Assembly (NCBI GenBank): GCA_040348785.1 | Contig: JBEQTH010000065.1 | Span: 19,461 to 83,460 of the forward strand | Source of the DNA: Myxococcales bacterium | GTDB lineage: Bacteria > Myxococcota_A > Polyangia > Polyangiales > Polyangiaceae | Length of the DNA stretch: 64,000 nucleotides | Direction of reading: 5' to 3' | Shown: positions 10,723 to 22,332 of the stretch, one piece after another | Position numbering within the stretch: position 1 is the first letter of the stretch | Layout: each line of letters begins with the position of its first letter | Translations under genes and position numbers: made by a program | Notes under the pieces: model-generated | What the model was told of the DNA's origin: nothing | Databases searched by the model: none | Seen by the model: only the letters and a program-made list of their open reading frames with translations

Positions 10723-11535
10723 TTAGGCGAGGGCCAGGGGCGGGATCTCGAGCGTTACCCCAAACGAATCGACCGCGCTCAGCGTATAGCCAGTGAGCCA
10801 GAGCGCGCGCAGCGCCGTCACCGGGTTCGGCCGGTCGAGCGCCGCCGCTTGCACCGAATAATCGACCAGCGCGGCATGGGCGAGCGATTGAGCGAGCAGC
10901 GGCCGCTCGGGGAACCGAGCATTCGCCGCGTCGAGCACGGCGTGCTCGAGTTGCTGAGCGCGCTCGAGCGGCCGTGCTGAACGCTCGACTAGCGCGTCAC
11001 GCGCCGCTTGCAGGGGGTGCGTGAGCAGCTCGGTCGACGGGTCGCCGTCCGAATCGAATGCGCGCCAGCGAACCAAAGCACCCATCGTGACGCCCCAGGC
11101 CGCGAGCGCCGCACGGAGCTCACCCGCCGCGGCCTCTGCCGCTTCCACGCCCTGCACGTCGGAGGCGAGCGCGATGGCCGCGTCGAGGCGCGCCGCTGGC
11201 TCGCTGTGTCGCCAACGCTTGCGATCGAGCCACGACCTCGGAGCGAGCCGCGCCCAGACGTCCATCATCCCGTCGTCGAGATCGAAGCGAGACAGCGTGC
11301 GCCACTCGCGCTCCAGGTCGGTCATCAGCGACGGAACCACGCCGTCGCCCGTCGCAAAAACGCTGGCTCGGGCCTGCTCGATGCGCGCCTGACAGGCAGC
11401 GCGGGCTCGCGCGCGCTGCTCGAAGCCCCGATTGAGCGAAGCGCGGAACTGCTCGCCTTCGCGAAGGCGCGACTGCAAGTCTGGACGCGCTGGGCGGAGC
11501 ATCCGGTCGACGAGTTCGAGCCACGAGTCACGCAT
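10723..11535 (-). CDS. hypothetical protein
   Basis: Long Ala/Arg/Leu-rich ORF co-oriented with its neighbours; start uncertain (ORF extends to 11613). Confidence 0.6.
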   Translation of the reverse strand: MRDSWLELVDRMLRPARPDLQSRLREGEQFRASLNRGFEQRARARAACQARIEQARASVFATGDGVVPSLMTDLEREWRTLSRFDLDDGMMDVWARLAPRSWLDRKRWRHSEPAARLDAAIALASDVQGVEAAEAAAGELRAALAAWGVTMGALVRWRAFDSDGDPSTELLTHPLQAARDALVERSARPLERAQQLEHAVLDAANARFPERPLLAQSLAHAALVDYSVQAAALDRPNPVTALRALWLTGYTLSAVDSFGVTLEIPPLALA

Positions 11536-11632
11536 CAGCTGTGTCCTCCGGCGGACAGCTAATCGCAGCTCGCGCCCGCAGGCAACGAGCGAATGTTCGC
11601 CCCGCAGATTCAAGCGTCTCTAGTGCAGCTCC

Positions 11633-11815
11633 GTGGTGATGCGGGAGCTTCGAGCTCAGTGGGGCCTCGCCGAGGTGGGTGTTGGCTTTGCGCTGTTGGC
11701 TTGCGCAGCGCTGACCAGCTGGCAGCTCACGACCCGACGAGCCAGCGCCGATTCGAGCGACGGCGCCGGCGACTCAGACCCCGGGCGCGGTCAGCGCGAC
11801 GGGAACAAACTGTGA
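11633..11815 (+). CDS. small hypothetical membrane protein
   Basis: 60-aa ORF with one hydrophobic segment filling an intergenic gap. Confidence 0.3.
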   Translation: MVMRELRAQWGLAEVGVGFALLACAALTSWQLTTRRASADSSDGAGDSDPGRGQRDGNKL

Positions 11816-11845
11816 AGGCAGCGTCGCGCGGACACGCAAGGCTGC

Positions 11846-12271
11846 TCAGCGCTGCACAAAGCTATGGAAACGCCCGTCGCGGAATGCGGCCAGGAGCTGA
11901 ACCGCTGCGTTTGCAGCTTCCACTGGGTTTCCTCGAAGACGCAGGTAGTCGGAATAGCCTGGCACGTTCGCCGGCAAGTTCTTCATCGACGCGAATCCCA
12001 TCCGCCAGCCCCCGAAGTGACGTTCGTGCACCTCTTGCCGCAGCAGGCGGACAACACGGTGGTGACGCTTGTCGGAACTGATGATGGCGAAGAGTCTTTC
12101 GAGAACAGAGGGCTCGCCTTCCAAAACCTGCAAGAAAGAGCCCTCGTGATAGAGCAGCATCCCGGAGACTCCCATCTGTTCGTTGTTCACGCGCGCACGG
12201 CTCAGCAGCTCGGTCAGCTGTGCCTCGCTGAACGGCGTGATCGCCGCGCTTGAATACACGACCTGGTGCAT
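11846..12271 (-). CDS. BLUF domain blue-light sensor protein
   Basis: VVYSS, ARVNN, SGMLLY, FLQVLEG, DKRH and FGGWRM signature. Confidence 0.92.
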   Translation of the reverse strand: MHQVVYSSAAITPFSEAQLTELLSRARVNNEQMGVSGMLLYHEGSFLQVLEGEPSVLERLFAIISSDKRHHRVVRLLRQEVHERHFGGWRMGFASMKNLPANVPGYSDYLRLRGNPVEAANAAVQLLAAFRDGRFHSFVQR

Positions 12272-12329
12272 AAGCGCTCAAACGGTCACCACGCGGCCAC
12301 GATAAGCAGCTTGCAGAATCGGAGCGGAA

Positions 12330-12749
12330 CTACGCCTCCTTCGCGTCACCATCGGGCGACGCGATGACGACAGTGTAGCCGTCCGGATCGCGGATCCACA
12401 GCTCGCGGTGGTTGGCATTCGGATTGCGATGAACGTCGAGCAGGATGGGCGCTTCGAGCTCGCGTGCACGCTCCACGGCAGCGTCGAAGTCGTCGATCTC
12501 GAACCACAGGAGCATGCCGTTGCCGACCGCGCGTGACGGGTCCCCCATGGGCCCGTGATGGTGGTCGACCTCCCACGCGTGAAGCTGCAGGATTAGACCA
12601 TCGGAGCCCCACTTGCTGGTGTGAAGGTTCGGATCCCACAGCCGTTCGTACTCGGTTCCGCCATGACCGCCGACGCACGCAAGAAGCCGCTGGTACCAGC
12701 GGCTCGAGGCTTGAACGTCGCGGCAGTTGATGAGGGGTTGGGCGCGCAC
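12330..12749 (-). CDS. VOC/glyoxalase family protein
   Basis: LWFEIDDFDAAVERA and ELWIRDPDGY motifs. Confidence 0.9.
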   Translation of the reverse strand: MRAQPLINCRDVQASSRWYQRLLACVGGHGGTEYERLWDPNLHTSKWGSDGLILQLHAWEVDHHHGPMGDPSRAVGNGMLLWFEIDDFDAAVERARELEAPILLDVHRNPNANHRELWIRDPDGYTVVIASPDGDAKEA

Positions 12750-12983
12750 GAGACGACTTTATACACCCGTCGGCGGTGAGGCGGCGACGTTGCACCGCCT
12801 GCTGAGCCAGAAAAAGCCAAAGCCAAAGCCAAGGCAAAAGGTCGTCGAGCTCAGTCCGCTAGTGCGCTGCCGCGCTTCTTGCTCGAGATCTGCGACGAGG
12901 AAATTTGCTGGGTCTGTCCGTTGAGCAGCGTTCGCAAACAGCCCGGCAAGCAAAACGGCGCCCTTACCCTAAAAAGGTTACCC

Positions 12984-14351
12984 GTGCTTCGAACCACACG
13001 TCGTATCGCCGCGCTGGCATTCTGCTCCTCCGCAGTGGTTGCGGCCTGTGGCTCCGCGGGCAACCCTGGATCCGCGTCGCCGGAGGGGACTGCGGGGGCT
13101 TCGGTTTCGTCCGCCGGAACGCCTACGCTAGGCCAGGCTGCGGGCGCTTTTTCGGGGGGCGGAACTAGTGCCGGGGCGTCATCGGGCGGCGCAGGGGCGA
13201 CGGGCGCCGTGGCTGGCGAAACGGAACATGCCAGCGGGGGAACTGCCAGTGGTGGGGCCGGGGCCGGCGGAGCCGTGAGCACGGGTGGTGGAGGCGGGAC
13301 CGGCGGGGCGACGGTAGGCGGAAGTGGCGGCGCGGCGACGGGCGGAGGCAGCGCGGGCACCAGCAGCGTGCCGTTCCCAACCTGCGCAAAGACGGCCTGC
13401 ACCACGTGCGGCAGCTCAGGCCACCTCCACAACCTAGCCAATGATGTCTGGGCTGGCAGCCTCACGCTGTTCATCTCCTACTCGTCGGACACGCGTAGCC
13501 AGACTGTCGACAAAGGCTTCACGGCGGCTCAGTGGAATGCGGCGGTGAATAGCTTCGACGTGGCTTCCTTCGCCAAGCAAGTGCAGGCCACCGGCGCAAA
13601 AAATATCGTGCTCATGCTGGGGCAGAATACCGGCTACTACTGTTCTCCGAACAGCGCGTATGAAAAGTACGCGGGTGTGGATCCGACCACCCGGGCATCT
13701 AAGCGAGATCTGCCGATGGAAATCGCTGATGCCCTGCTCCCCTTGGGGATCGGAATGTTCCTGTACTTACCGGAGGATGTGGGCTGGGGCGACAAAAAAG
13801 CCGCCGCGGGCTTTGGCCTCAGCGCGCTCGCTCTCGACAACTGGGTCGTCGACAACAGCTTCACGCCCAAGTGGAACGCGGTCGTCAAAGAATGGGCGGA
13901 TCGATATCGGACAAAGGTGCGGGGCTGGTTCTTCGACGGCTATGACAGCCGCTGGGGCGTCAGCACGGCCATGGCCCAGACCTATCGCAACACCGTCTTG
14001 GCGGCGAACCCTTGCGGAATCGCCACCTTCAACGGTGCCAATGGTAACGGGCTGAGCGATACGGAGCGTGGCGAGACGAGGATCGATGCGGCCACGGGCT
14101 TACCCGCCAAGGGTTTGCCCAGCTCGCGCTGGACCAGTTCTGACATTCAAACGATGTGGGCTTTTCCGTTGCAAGCCGCGTGGGGTCAAGAGATCGAAGA
14201 CAATTCACCGGCTATCTACAGCAACGCGAACCTGAAGAAGTTCGTGGCCGCCGCGGTCAAGGCTCAAACTGTGTTCGCGCTGGATGTCCGTACCTCGTTC
14301 ACCGGAAAACTCTCCACGCCCGGCTATCAGCAGCTCCTTGCGATCCAGTAG
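12984..14351 (+). CDS. secreted glycoside hydrolase lipoprotein (alpha-L-fucosidase/GH29-like TIM barrel)
   Basis: Lipobox VVAAC, Gly-rich linker, FDVASFAKQV, GYYCSPN, KRDL and GWFFDG; GTG 12984 chosen as start. Confidence 0.7.
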   Translation: MLRTTRRIAALAFCSSAVVAACGSAGNPGSASPEGTAGASVSSAGTPTLGQAAGAFSGGGTSAGASSGGAGATGAVAGETEHASGGTASGGAGAGGAVSTGGGGGTGGATVGGSGGAATGGGSAGTSSVPFPTCAKTACTTCGSSGHLHNLANDVWAGSLTLFISYSSDTRSQTVDKGFTAAQWNAAVNSFDVASFAKQVQATGAKNIVLMLGQNTGYYCSPNSAYEKYAGVDPTTRASKRDLPMEIADALLPLGIGMFLYLPEDVGWGDKKAAAGFGLSALALDNWVVDNSFTPKWNAVVKEWADRYRTKVRGWFFDGYDSRWGVSTAMAQTYRNTVLAANPCGIATFNGANGNGLSDTERGETRIDAATGLPAKGLPSSRWTSSDIQTMWAFPLQAAWGQEIEDNSPAIYSNANLKKFVAAAVKAQTVFALDVRTSFTGKLSTPGYQQLLAIQ

Positions 14352-14582
14352 CGGGCGCCTACACCCCGTCCAGCGTGACCAAGCTTTGCCTGCAATTTCG
14401 CTGGTTCTCGTGGCGTAGCCCGGCGCGACGGAGCAAGAGCTCGATGGTTTCCCCCTGAGGGAACGGTTCGTGGGCGAACGCAGAGGACCACACACAACCC
14501 TTCGTAGTGTCGTTCAGTGGCTGGTGGTATCACCGAACCAATGCGCGGGCTCAGGACCGAAGGCGCACGTTCGAGACGCCTG

Positions 14583-16636
14583 TCATCGGCTCGGCGGGAC
14601 GAGCTCGGGGGCGCTCAGGAGATCCGCTTCGAACGGTAGGCGCAGCTCGACTTCGGTGCCCTCTCCATGCTCGCTTTTGATCGTTGCGATGCCCCGATGG
14701 CCACGGACGATCGACGCGACGATAGCGAGCCCGAGGCCACTGCCCTCACCGGCGGGGCGGGTTGTGAAGAAAGGTTCGAACGCTTGCTGCTTCACCTCTG
14801 CGCTCATGCCCGGCCCGTCGTCCGTCACCTTCACGACAGCATCGCTGTCGACGGTGTCGACCGAAATCCGAACCGTCCCCTTTTCGCCGACGGCGCGTAG
14901 CGCGTTGTCGGTGAGATTGACGAGCACTTGTTCGAGTTGGCCGGCTCGAGCCGGCAATGTCGCGACGGGGGAGAGTCGGGTCTCGAGGGTGACGCCGGGT
15001 GGGACTCTCGGCTTTAGCAGCGAGATCGTCTGTCGCACGATGCGGTGCAGATCGACACGTTCGATGCCACGCTGCGCGGCCGACGTGAGGCTTTGGAGGT
15101 CGGTGATGATGAGCTGGGCTCGCCGGGCACCTTCGCCGATGTCCGCGGTCAGGCGGGCGAGATCCTCGGTCACGAACCCCAGGTCTTTGCGATCGCTGAG
15201 GCGCGTGAGTTGGCGCACCTCGTCGGCACCTCGGGCGCGTCCGTCGGCGAGCTCGGTGGCCACACGTGTCAGAAACTCGCAGTAACGCTTGAGCGGAGCC
15301 ATGTTACCGGCAACGTAGTTGATGGGATTGTTGAGCTCGTGCGCGATGCCTTTGACGAGCGTCGCCACGGATGCCATCCGCTCCGATCGCACGAGGTCCG
15401 CCTGTGCATTCCTGAGTGCCTCGAGCGTTTGCGTAAGCTGAGTGGACCGAGAGCGAAGGTCGGCGTTGATTCGTTCGAGAAACTCGGCTTCACGAAGCTG
15501 CTCGACCATTTGGTTCACGCTGCGCGCCACGGCGGCAACTTCGTCGCGACCCGAATCGTCGAGTGTCACCTCGAGATTGCCGCGACCAATCTCCGAAATC
15601 GCACGGACGGATTGCTCGAGCGAGCGAGCGAGCCCCCGCGAAGTCGTGACCGAGAAAATATAAACCATGACCCCGAGCAGAACGAGCTGAAGAACGTCTC
15701 GCACTTCAGGCCGAAGGAGCGGTGCGAAGGCGAGGAGGGCATCGTCGATTCGCAGGCGCGAGAGGGCAAGCGCCAGCGCGGCGCAAAACAGGCCCAGCGC
15801 GAGCATGCGAGCGCGAACTGATGTCGACCGACGCATCGACCAGGCGAGCCCATCTGCGGCGCTGACGCAGAGCACGACGAAGATGAGACCGAGCGAGGGG
15901 AGAACGAGCGCTCCCGATACCGAGACCAATACTCCAGCTCGTCGCGGTTCCCAGTTTTCGAAATGGCCGCCGTGATAGAACCGCGAAACGATGGCCTGCC
16001 CCGCGGCGAACGCGAGAACCGCGAGCGCCAATGCCGCGCTGCGAATGCGCCACTTGCGCGCTCCTGGTTTCGCTTCGCGGGACGGAAGGTCTTGGACCCA
16101 CTTCATCCATATCGCGACGATCAGGACAATCAGCCCGCCCATTTTGGCAAACTTCATGAAGGGCGGCGTCCACAGGATTACCAATGCCACCGCCATGAAC
16201 CAGTGCCGCATCGGAGTGCGCGAGACGTTGATGGGCTTGCGGAGGGCCCGTGAAATGAGCACGACGAGCGCGGGTAGTCCTGCGGCGACCGCGCTATGCA
16301 CGACGGCTGCGTGGTGGACCTTCGCCACACGGGACGAATCGTGACCAACCGTCGACCAAAAGATCCGGTCCAGGCAAATGGCTCCTGCTGCCGCTGCGAC
16401 GGCGAGCACCCATGGTCGCTGGCGACCCCAACCGCCGTTCCGCTCGAGCGCGGGGAGCTCAGCCACGACGGACCAGACGAGCAAGATGATCCAAACGATG
16501 TCGAGAAGGAATACACCGTCGGGCGGAGTCGGACCGAACCTGCCCGTGTCGCGGATGCCCAGCCGGTCGAACCAGTAGGGCAGCACGGCTTCGGTCAGTA
16601 GAACGAGAACGAGCGCGACACGCCGGAGCGTCGGGT

Positions 16637-16640
<4 letters not shown>
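14583..16640 (-). CDS. membrane sensor histidine kinase (HAMP-HisKA-HATPase)
   Basis: Multiple TM helices, HAMP, GIAHELNNP H-box, DDGPGM, FEPFFTT, GSGLGL. Confidence 0.95.
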
Positions 16641-18016
<1,376 letters not shown>

Positions 18017-18271
18017 GGCATCGCAGTGTAACTGCCCAGCAACGAGCGTGCCGAACTAGATCGCGAAGACCTGCGCTGCACGGGTGACGGGAATTGACGG
18101 AATTCGGCGGCGCTCGACGCCCTCCCGTCGTGCACCGCTCGATCGTGTCGGGGAAGGCAGCGGGGCGTCGTCCACCGACTGCTCGATGCCAAACGCAAAC
18201 GGGCAGCCGTTCTCCGCTAAGCGCGCGCAGCATAACGATCGCCCGACCGTCGCGCGGCGCTGCTTCCGCGT

Positions 18272-18287
18272 TGGCTTGGCAATTGCA
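18272..18287 (+). promoter_or_regulatory. sigma54 -24/-12 promoter
   Basis: TGGCTTGGCAATTGCA has GG and GC at the canonical 12-nt offset, divergent from the NtrC-family gene. Confidence 0.65.
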
Positions 18288-18424
18288 CTCGCCAATTGCA
18301 TGGGGTGAGGGCGAGTGCCCCGTCCGAGCAGCTCTCAACGATCGGTGGCGCTCGTCGTTGCACGTCCGGGGACTCTCGGCCGACTCGGCGTCAGTCGTGC
18401 CATTTCAAATGGAGGTTTGGTGCT

Positions 18425-18784
18425 ATGAATTTAAACAAGGTTCGGCTCTCGAGGCTCGTGGTGTGGGGCGTGCTCAGTTATGCGGCCTGCGGTTGCAGCG
18501 GCAGCGGGCGAAACGGCGCCAGCCAGGACGCGGCGGGCGCGGCAGGCGCGAGCGACGACGAGCCCCAAGGGGAAGCCGACGACGAGCCCCAAGGGGGAGC
18601 CGACGACGGCGGGCAGAGCCCTGGACGCGCCCTCCCGCGCGACCCTAGGTGGTACAATCACCCCGCCCCCCAGGTCGATTTCGATGGTCTCGGCGGTGAC
18701 TGCGAGTGCGATGCCGGCAAGCCCCGCGTGGCCGCGCCCTTGCCGTGGCCAGTGCCGACACCCTCCCCGGAAATGGCGCGCTAA
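18425..18784 (+). CDS. small hypothetical lipoprotein
   Basis: GGAGG RBS at 18411, ATG 18425, signal peptide ending YAAC/GC, DDEPQG repeats. Confidence 0.6.
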   Translation: MNLNKVRLSRLVVWGVLSYAACGCSGSGRNGASQDAAGAAGASDDEPQGEADDEPQGGADDGGQSPGRALPRDPRWYNHPAPQVDFDGLGGDCECDAGKPRVAAPLPWPVPTPSPEMAR

Positions 18785-19164
18785 CGCGATGGGACCGCAG
18801 CATAGCGAGGCAGCCGAGATGACGAGTGCAGTCTTCCGGGCAGGGACGCACACCACGACACCTCTGGCGATGCTCCTGAGGATGATATCCCGAAATGGCA
18901 AGGTGTTCGCCGCTGCGATTGCAACCGCCTCATCCAATAGCAACGACAACCAAGCGGCGCACATTCTCGGCGGAGCGCCGGACCCCACGCCGTCGTATAC
19001 GGTGACATCCTCTCGCGCGTGCTGCTGCCGGAACTGCGATCGCTGGAGATGGCACGGACGGTGATCGACTTTACTGGGGTCACAGCCATTCTCGCCGCCC
19101 GCGCCGTCTCACCACCCCCGCGCTGAGAGCCGGCAGCTCAGTGTCGGGAGTGGGGCGTCGGGTA

Positions 19165-19179
19165 GCGTCCCCAAGGGGA
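19165..19179 (-). repeat. tRNA-Glu 3'-end copy 1 (outermost att remnant)
   Basis: GCGTCCCCAAGGGGA is identical to 34507-34521. Confidence 0.85.
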
Positions 19180-19332
19180 ACCGTACAGTTGTGCAACTCG
19201 CAGAATGGCCGGCGATTCCGCTGATTCTCGTCGCCTAGGAGGGGCTTCTGCTTGCGCGAAGTGCCCGCGTTCGCGGGCTTGCGAGCGATCTCGACACGGT
19301 TGAGACACCCGCGGCGTGCTACCCTGAGCGCG

Positions 19333-19547
19333 ATGGGCGCTTCACCGGTCGAGTTCACGGGAGCACGATTGACCTTGATGCCATCCCCAATGCGCCGTTC
19401 GAGGGGCAGCGGGTACGCGTCGTGCTCGAACTTGTCGACGAAGACATTCGCCTGAGTGCCGAAGAGCAGGCTGGCTGCTGGAGTGCGTGGATCGCCCGGG
19501 GCTTCGACGGACCCATTGAGGATGAAGGCGAGCCCGAGTTACCGTGA
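19333..19547 (+). pseudogene. putative antitoxin, apparent 1-nt deletion after the start codon
   Basis: Adding one G to ATGGGCGC gives MGRFTGRVHGSTIDLD...EPELP*; its TGA overlaps the toxin GTG (GTGA). Confidence 0.55.
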
Positions 19548-19863
19548 TCGCTCGTGCGACATCCGCTGGTTCCGTTTCGCCAGCCCGGACAAGCGTCGAC
19601 CCGTGCTCGTGCTTGGGCGCCCGGATGTGCTTCCCGCGTTGGACCAGGTGCCCGTGATCCCGCTATCCACTCAAACGCGCGGCCTCGCGTGGGAGGTCGC
19701 TTTGTCGTCAGCCGATGGCCTACCCAGCGTCTGCGTCGCCAAGCCTGAATGGATCCGCATTGTCGAGCGCGCCTACCTCGGCCCTTGGATCGCCACGCTA
19801 CCCGAGGCACGCTGGCCCGAGATTCGCGCCGCGCTTCTGCTCGTCTTAGGGTTCGAGCCGTAG
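19544..19863 (+). CDS. PemK/MazF family toxin (possible frameshift near the start)
   Basis: DIRWFRFASPDKRRPVLVL and VIPLST motifs; GTG 19544 is out of frame by one base, alternative in-frame ATG at 19522. Confidence 0.8.
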
Positions 19864-19910
19864 GCCAAGGGGCAGGTCCACGAGACCGCATGGCTCGCAC
19901 CCTTCAGGAA

Positions 19911-20075
19911 CTCGAGGCAGGTGATCTTCCCCGCTGGTTGACGCTCTCCCTGAGCTCATGACGCCGGCTAGTGCGGCTCCGGGAGTGCCTGCTTTGACTG
20001 AGCCCGGTGAGGGGGTGGGCCAAGGGTGGGCCAGCAAATCAACAATCAGCGGTGTTTCTGGGCGTCCCCAAGGGG
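19911..20075 (+). repeat. ~165-bp direct repeat copy A, ending in tRNA-Glu 3' copy 2 (20062-20075)
   Basis: About 90% identical by eye to 22627-22789. Confidence 0.95.
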
Positions 20076-20200
20076 GACCGTACACTTGTGCAACGTGCAG
20101 AATGGCTCGGGATTCAGGTGACGGTGGTGGCTTAGGGGCCGCGGCTAGGCAGGTATACATGGTGTTGAAACGGGGTGTTGGACCTGTCAATCTGACGGTC

Positions 20201-22315
20201 ATGAGGGGAACGCCGGGGCGCTGGACGTTAGGTATCGTGGCTTCGCTCGCCCTCGTCGCGTGCAGCGAGGGGGGCGATACGCCTACGGACGGCGGAAGCG
20301 GGGCAGGGAACAGCGCCGCACAAGGCGGACGCCTATCGGACGGCGAAGCCGGGCGCTCGAATTGGAGCGGTATGTCCGGGATGGCCAATGCGCACGGTGG
20401 GGCTGGCGACACCGCGGGTGCAGATCCGATGAGTAGCGCGGGCGAAGACGACCACGCGGGCGGCGCAGCTGGATCAGTCGGCGGTAGCGGCGTGGCTGGT
20501 TCAGTAGGTGGCGGCGGTGCAGCTGGATCAGTCGGCGGTGGCGATGGCGCAGCTGGATCAGTCGGCGGTGGCGGCGCAGCTGGATCAGTCGGCGGTGGTG
20601 GCGCAGCGGGCTCAATCGGCGGTGGTGGCGCAGCGGGCTCAATCGGCAGTGGCGGCGCAGCGGGCTCAATCGGCGGTGGCGGCGCAGCGGGCTCAATCGG
20701 CGGTGGCACGGGCGGTCCGGCTTGCGTCACTGGCTTGCCGTGCAACCTCGGTAACCCGTGCCGAATTGGAGTTTGTAACAGCTCGACCTGCGGCGATACC
20801 GGGACGAACCTTCCCGCCGGCACTCCCTGCGCCATTGGCAAGATCTGTGATGGGTCCGGGCAATGCTTTGCACCCACGTGCACATTCCTCCCGGCGAATG
20901 TTTACAACTGCACCGCTGATGCGCCCTGCCACAAAGGCCACTGCTTCACGACGGGTAGTGTTTGCCAGCAAGTGCCCGCGTCAATCGATGAAATTGCCCC
21001 CAACGGCTACTCCTGCGGCTCGAATCCCGGAAATGAGTGCTTCGACGGCGAGTGTATGGTGCCCCAGTGCACGAGTAATGGGAAACCATGCTCGATAGGC
21101 TGTGCCAGCCCAACCCATCAGCCGCTTGCCGACCAAACACCGTGTGGTCTAGGCAAGCTCTGCGCTGTAGGGCAGTGCAAAAACCAATTGGGGCTCACGC
21201 AAAGGCCATTCGTATTCGTTCCCGGGGCACTGTTCTCTGGCACCGTGGCCGAGCTCAGCGACCTATTGACGACACAGCCTGGCACCGCGTTGTTGGTCAC
21301 GATCAATTGGGGTGACGGCAACGAGTCCGCGGCCATGCTCAGTGGCGGAGCGGGGTCGTTTAGCGTTTCGGGGCAGCATGTGTTTGCACAATCCGGCCAA
21401 GCGACGCTTCGGGTGAACGCCTCCGATCCCAACACCGGAGCGAGTGCCTCGCTGCAGTTCACCGTAGATACGCAAACCAAGGAATACCCACTTGGACAAG
21501 CGCCGAACGGCATCGCGCTCGGCCCCGACGGTAACCTTTGGGTTGGAGAAGATGCCGGCGTAGCTCGGGTGACGCCGAGCGGAGTCGTGACCCAAGTCGC
21601 AACCATCAGAGGTGGCGAGATGGTGGTCGGATCAGACAACAATCTATGGTTCATGAGTTATCAATATTTGATGCGCATGACGCTGGCGGGTGTTGCCACG
21701 GAGGTTCCCCTAGCCACCGATGCCAGGCCCTGGGATCTCGCCGCGGGTCCTGATGGCAATATCTGGGCCGCGCTCAACACCACGAATTACGTAGCGTCGA
21801 TCGGACGCATCACCACGGCGGGTGTGATCACAGAATTCCCAGTACCCACAGCGTCCGTGTTGCTCGAGGGGATCTGTGCCGGCCCCGATGGCGCGATGTG
21901 GTTCACAGAGTACTTTGGGAACAAGATCGGGCGCATCACCACCGCGGGCGTGATCACGGAATTCCCCATCCCGACCCCTGACTCCCGGCCGGTCACGATT
22001 GCGAGCGGACCGGACGGGAATCTCTGGTTCACCGAGTGGAACGCTCAAAAAATCGGCCGAATCACTCCAAGCGGTGTGATTACGGAGTTCGCATCACCGT
22101 TGAATAACTTGCAAGAGATCGCGGCCGGGCCAGACGGGCGGCTTTGGTTTACGGCTTACGGAACGCCATTCGTCGGCGCGATCACGACCGCAGGCGTCGC
22201 CACCACCGTAGCGATCCCATCAGGCAGTGACGCCTTCGGTATCGTCGCCGGCCCGGACCAAGCGATTTGGTACACCCAGCCCACCGGGAAGCGCGTGGCT
22301 CGCCTCGTGCCATGA
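20201..22315 (+). CDS. lipoprotein with Gly-rich linker, Cys-rich repeats, Ig/PKD-like domain and Vgb-like beta-propeller
   Basis: Lipobox LVAC from ATG 20201; TINWGDG; repeated GPDGNLWFTE / IGRITTAGVITEF blades. Confidence 0.85.
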   Translation: MRGTPGRWTLGIVASLALVACSEGGDTPTDGGSGAGNSAAQGGRLSDGEAGRSNWSGMSGMANAHGGAGDTAGADPMSSAGEDDHAGGAAGSVGGSGVAGSVGGGGAAGSVGGGDGAAGSVGGGGAAGSVGGGGAAGSIGGGGAAGSIGSGGAAGSIGGGGAAGSIGGGTGGPACVTGLPCNLGNPCRIGVCNSSTCGDTGTNLPAGTPCAIGKICDGSGQCFAPTCTFLPANVYNCTADAPCHKGHCFTTGSVCQQVPASIDEIAPNGYSCGSNPGNECFDGECMVPQCTSNGKPCSIGCASPTHQPLADQTPCGLGKLCAVGQCKNQLGLTQRPFVFVPGALFSGTVAELSDLLTTQPGTALLVTINWGDGNESAAMLSGGAGSFSVSGQHVFAQSGQATLRVNASDPNTGASASLQFTVDTQTKEYPLGQAPNGIALGPDGNLWVGEDAGVARVTPSGVVTQVATIRGGEMVVGSDNNLWFMSYQYLMRMTLAGVATEVPLATDARPWDLAAGPDGNIWAALNTTNYVASIGRITTAGVITEFPVPTASVLLEGICAGPDGAMWFTEYFGNKIGRITTAGVITEFPIPTPDSRPVTIASGPDGNLWFTEWNAQKIGRITPSGVITEFASPLNNLQEIAAGPDGRLWFTAYGTPFVGAITTAGVATTVAIPSGSDAFGIVAGPDQAIWYTQPTGKRVARLVP
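20460..20707 (+). repeat. coding tandem repeat, ~27-30-bp unit (GAAGSVGGG), about 9 copies
   Basis: Repeated ggcgcagctggatcagtcggcggt / ggcgcagcgggctcaatcggcggt. Confidence 0.9.
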
Positions 22316-22332
22316 GGTGACAGCGGCGCAAG

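Larger units (their letters stand above)
19165..20075. mobile_element. att-bounded cassette 1 (TA cargo, no intact integrase)
   Basis: Flanked by tRNA-Glu 3' copies at 19165 and 20062; both ends are homologous to those of cassette 2. Confidence 0.7.

Noticed and set aside
10000-12800. Integron attC sites between short co-oriented genes
   Set aside because: No convincing RYYYAAC...GTTRRRY inverted structure and no intI gene
18563-18596. Two CCCCAAGGGG matches to the tRNA-Glu 3' end
   Set aside because: They lack the GCGT prefix and are explained by the coding DDEPQG repeat of the lipoprotein
18789-19064. Possible ORF MGPQHSEAAE...
   Set aside because: No recognisable motif or RBS; cannot be supported
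19958-20200. N-terminal 81 aa of the 785-aa ORF
   Set aside because: It runs through the repeat and att site; the signal peptide and lipobox fit ATG 20201
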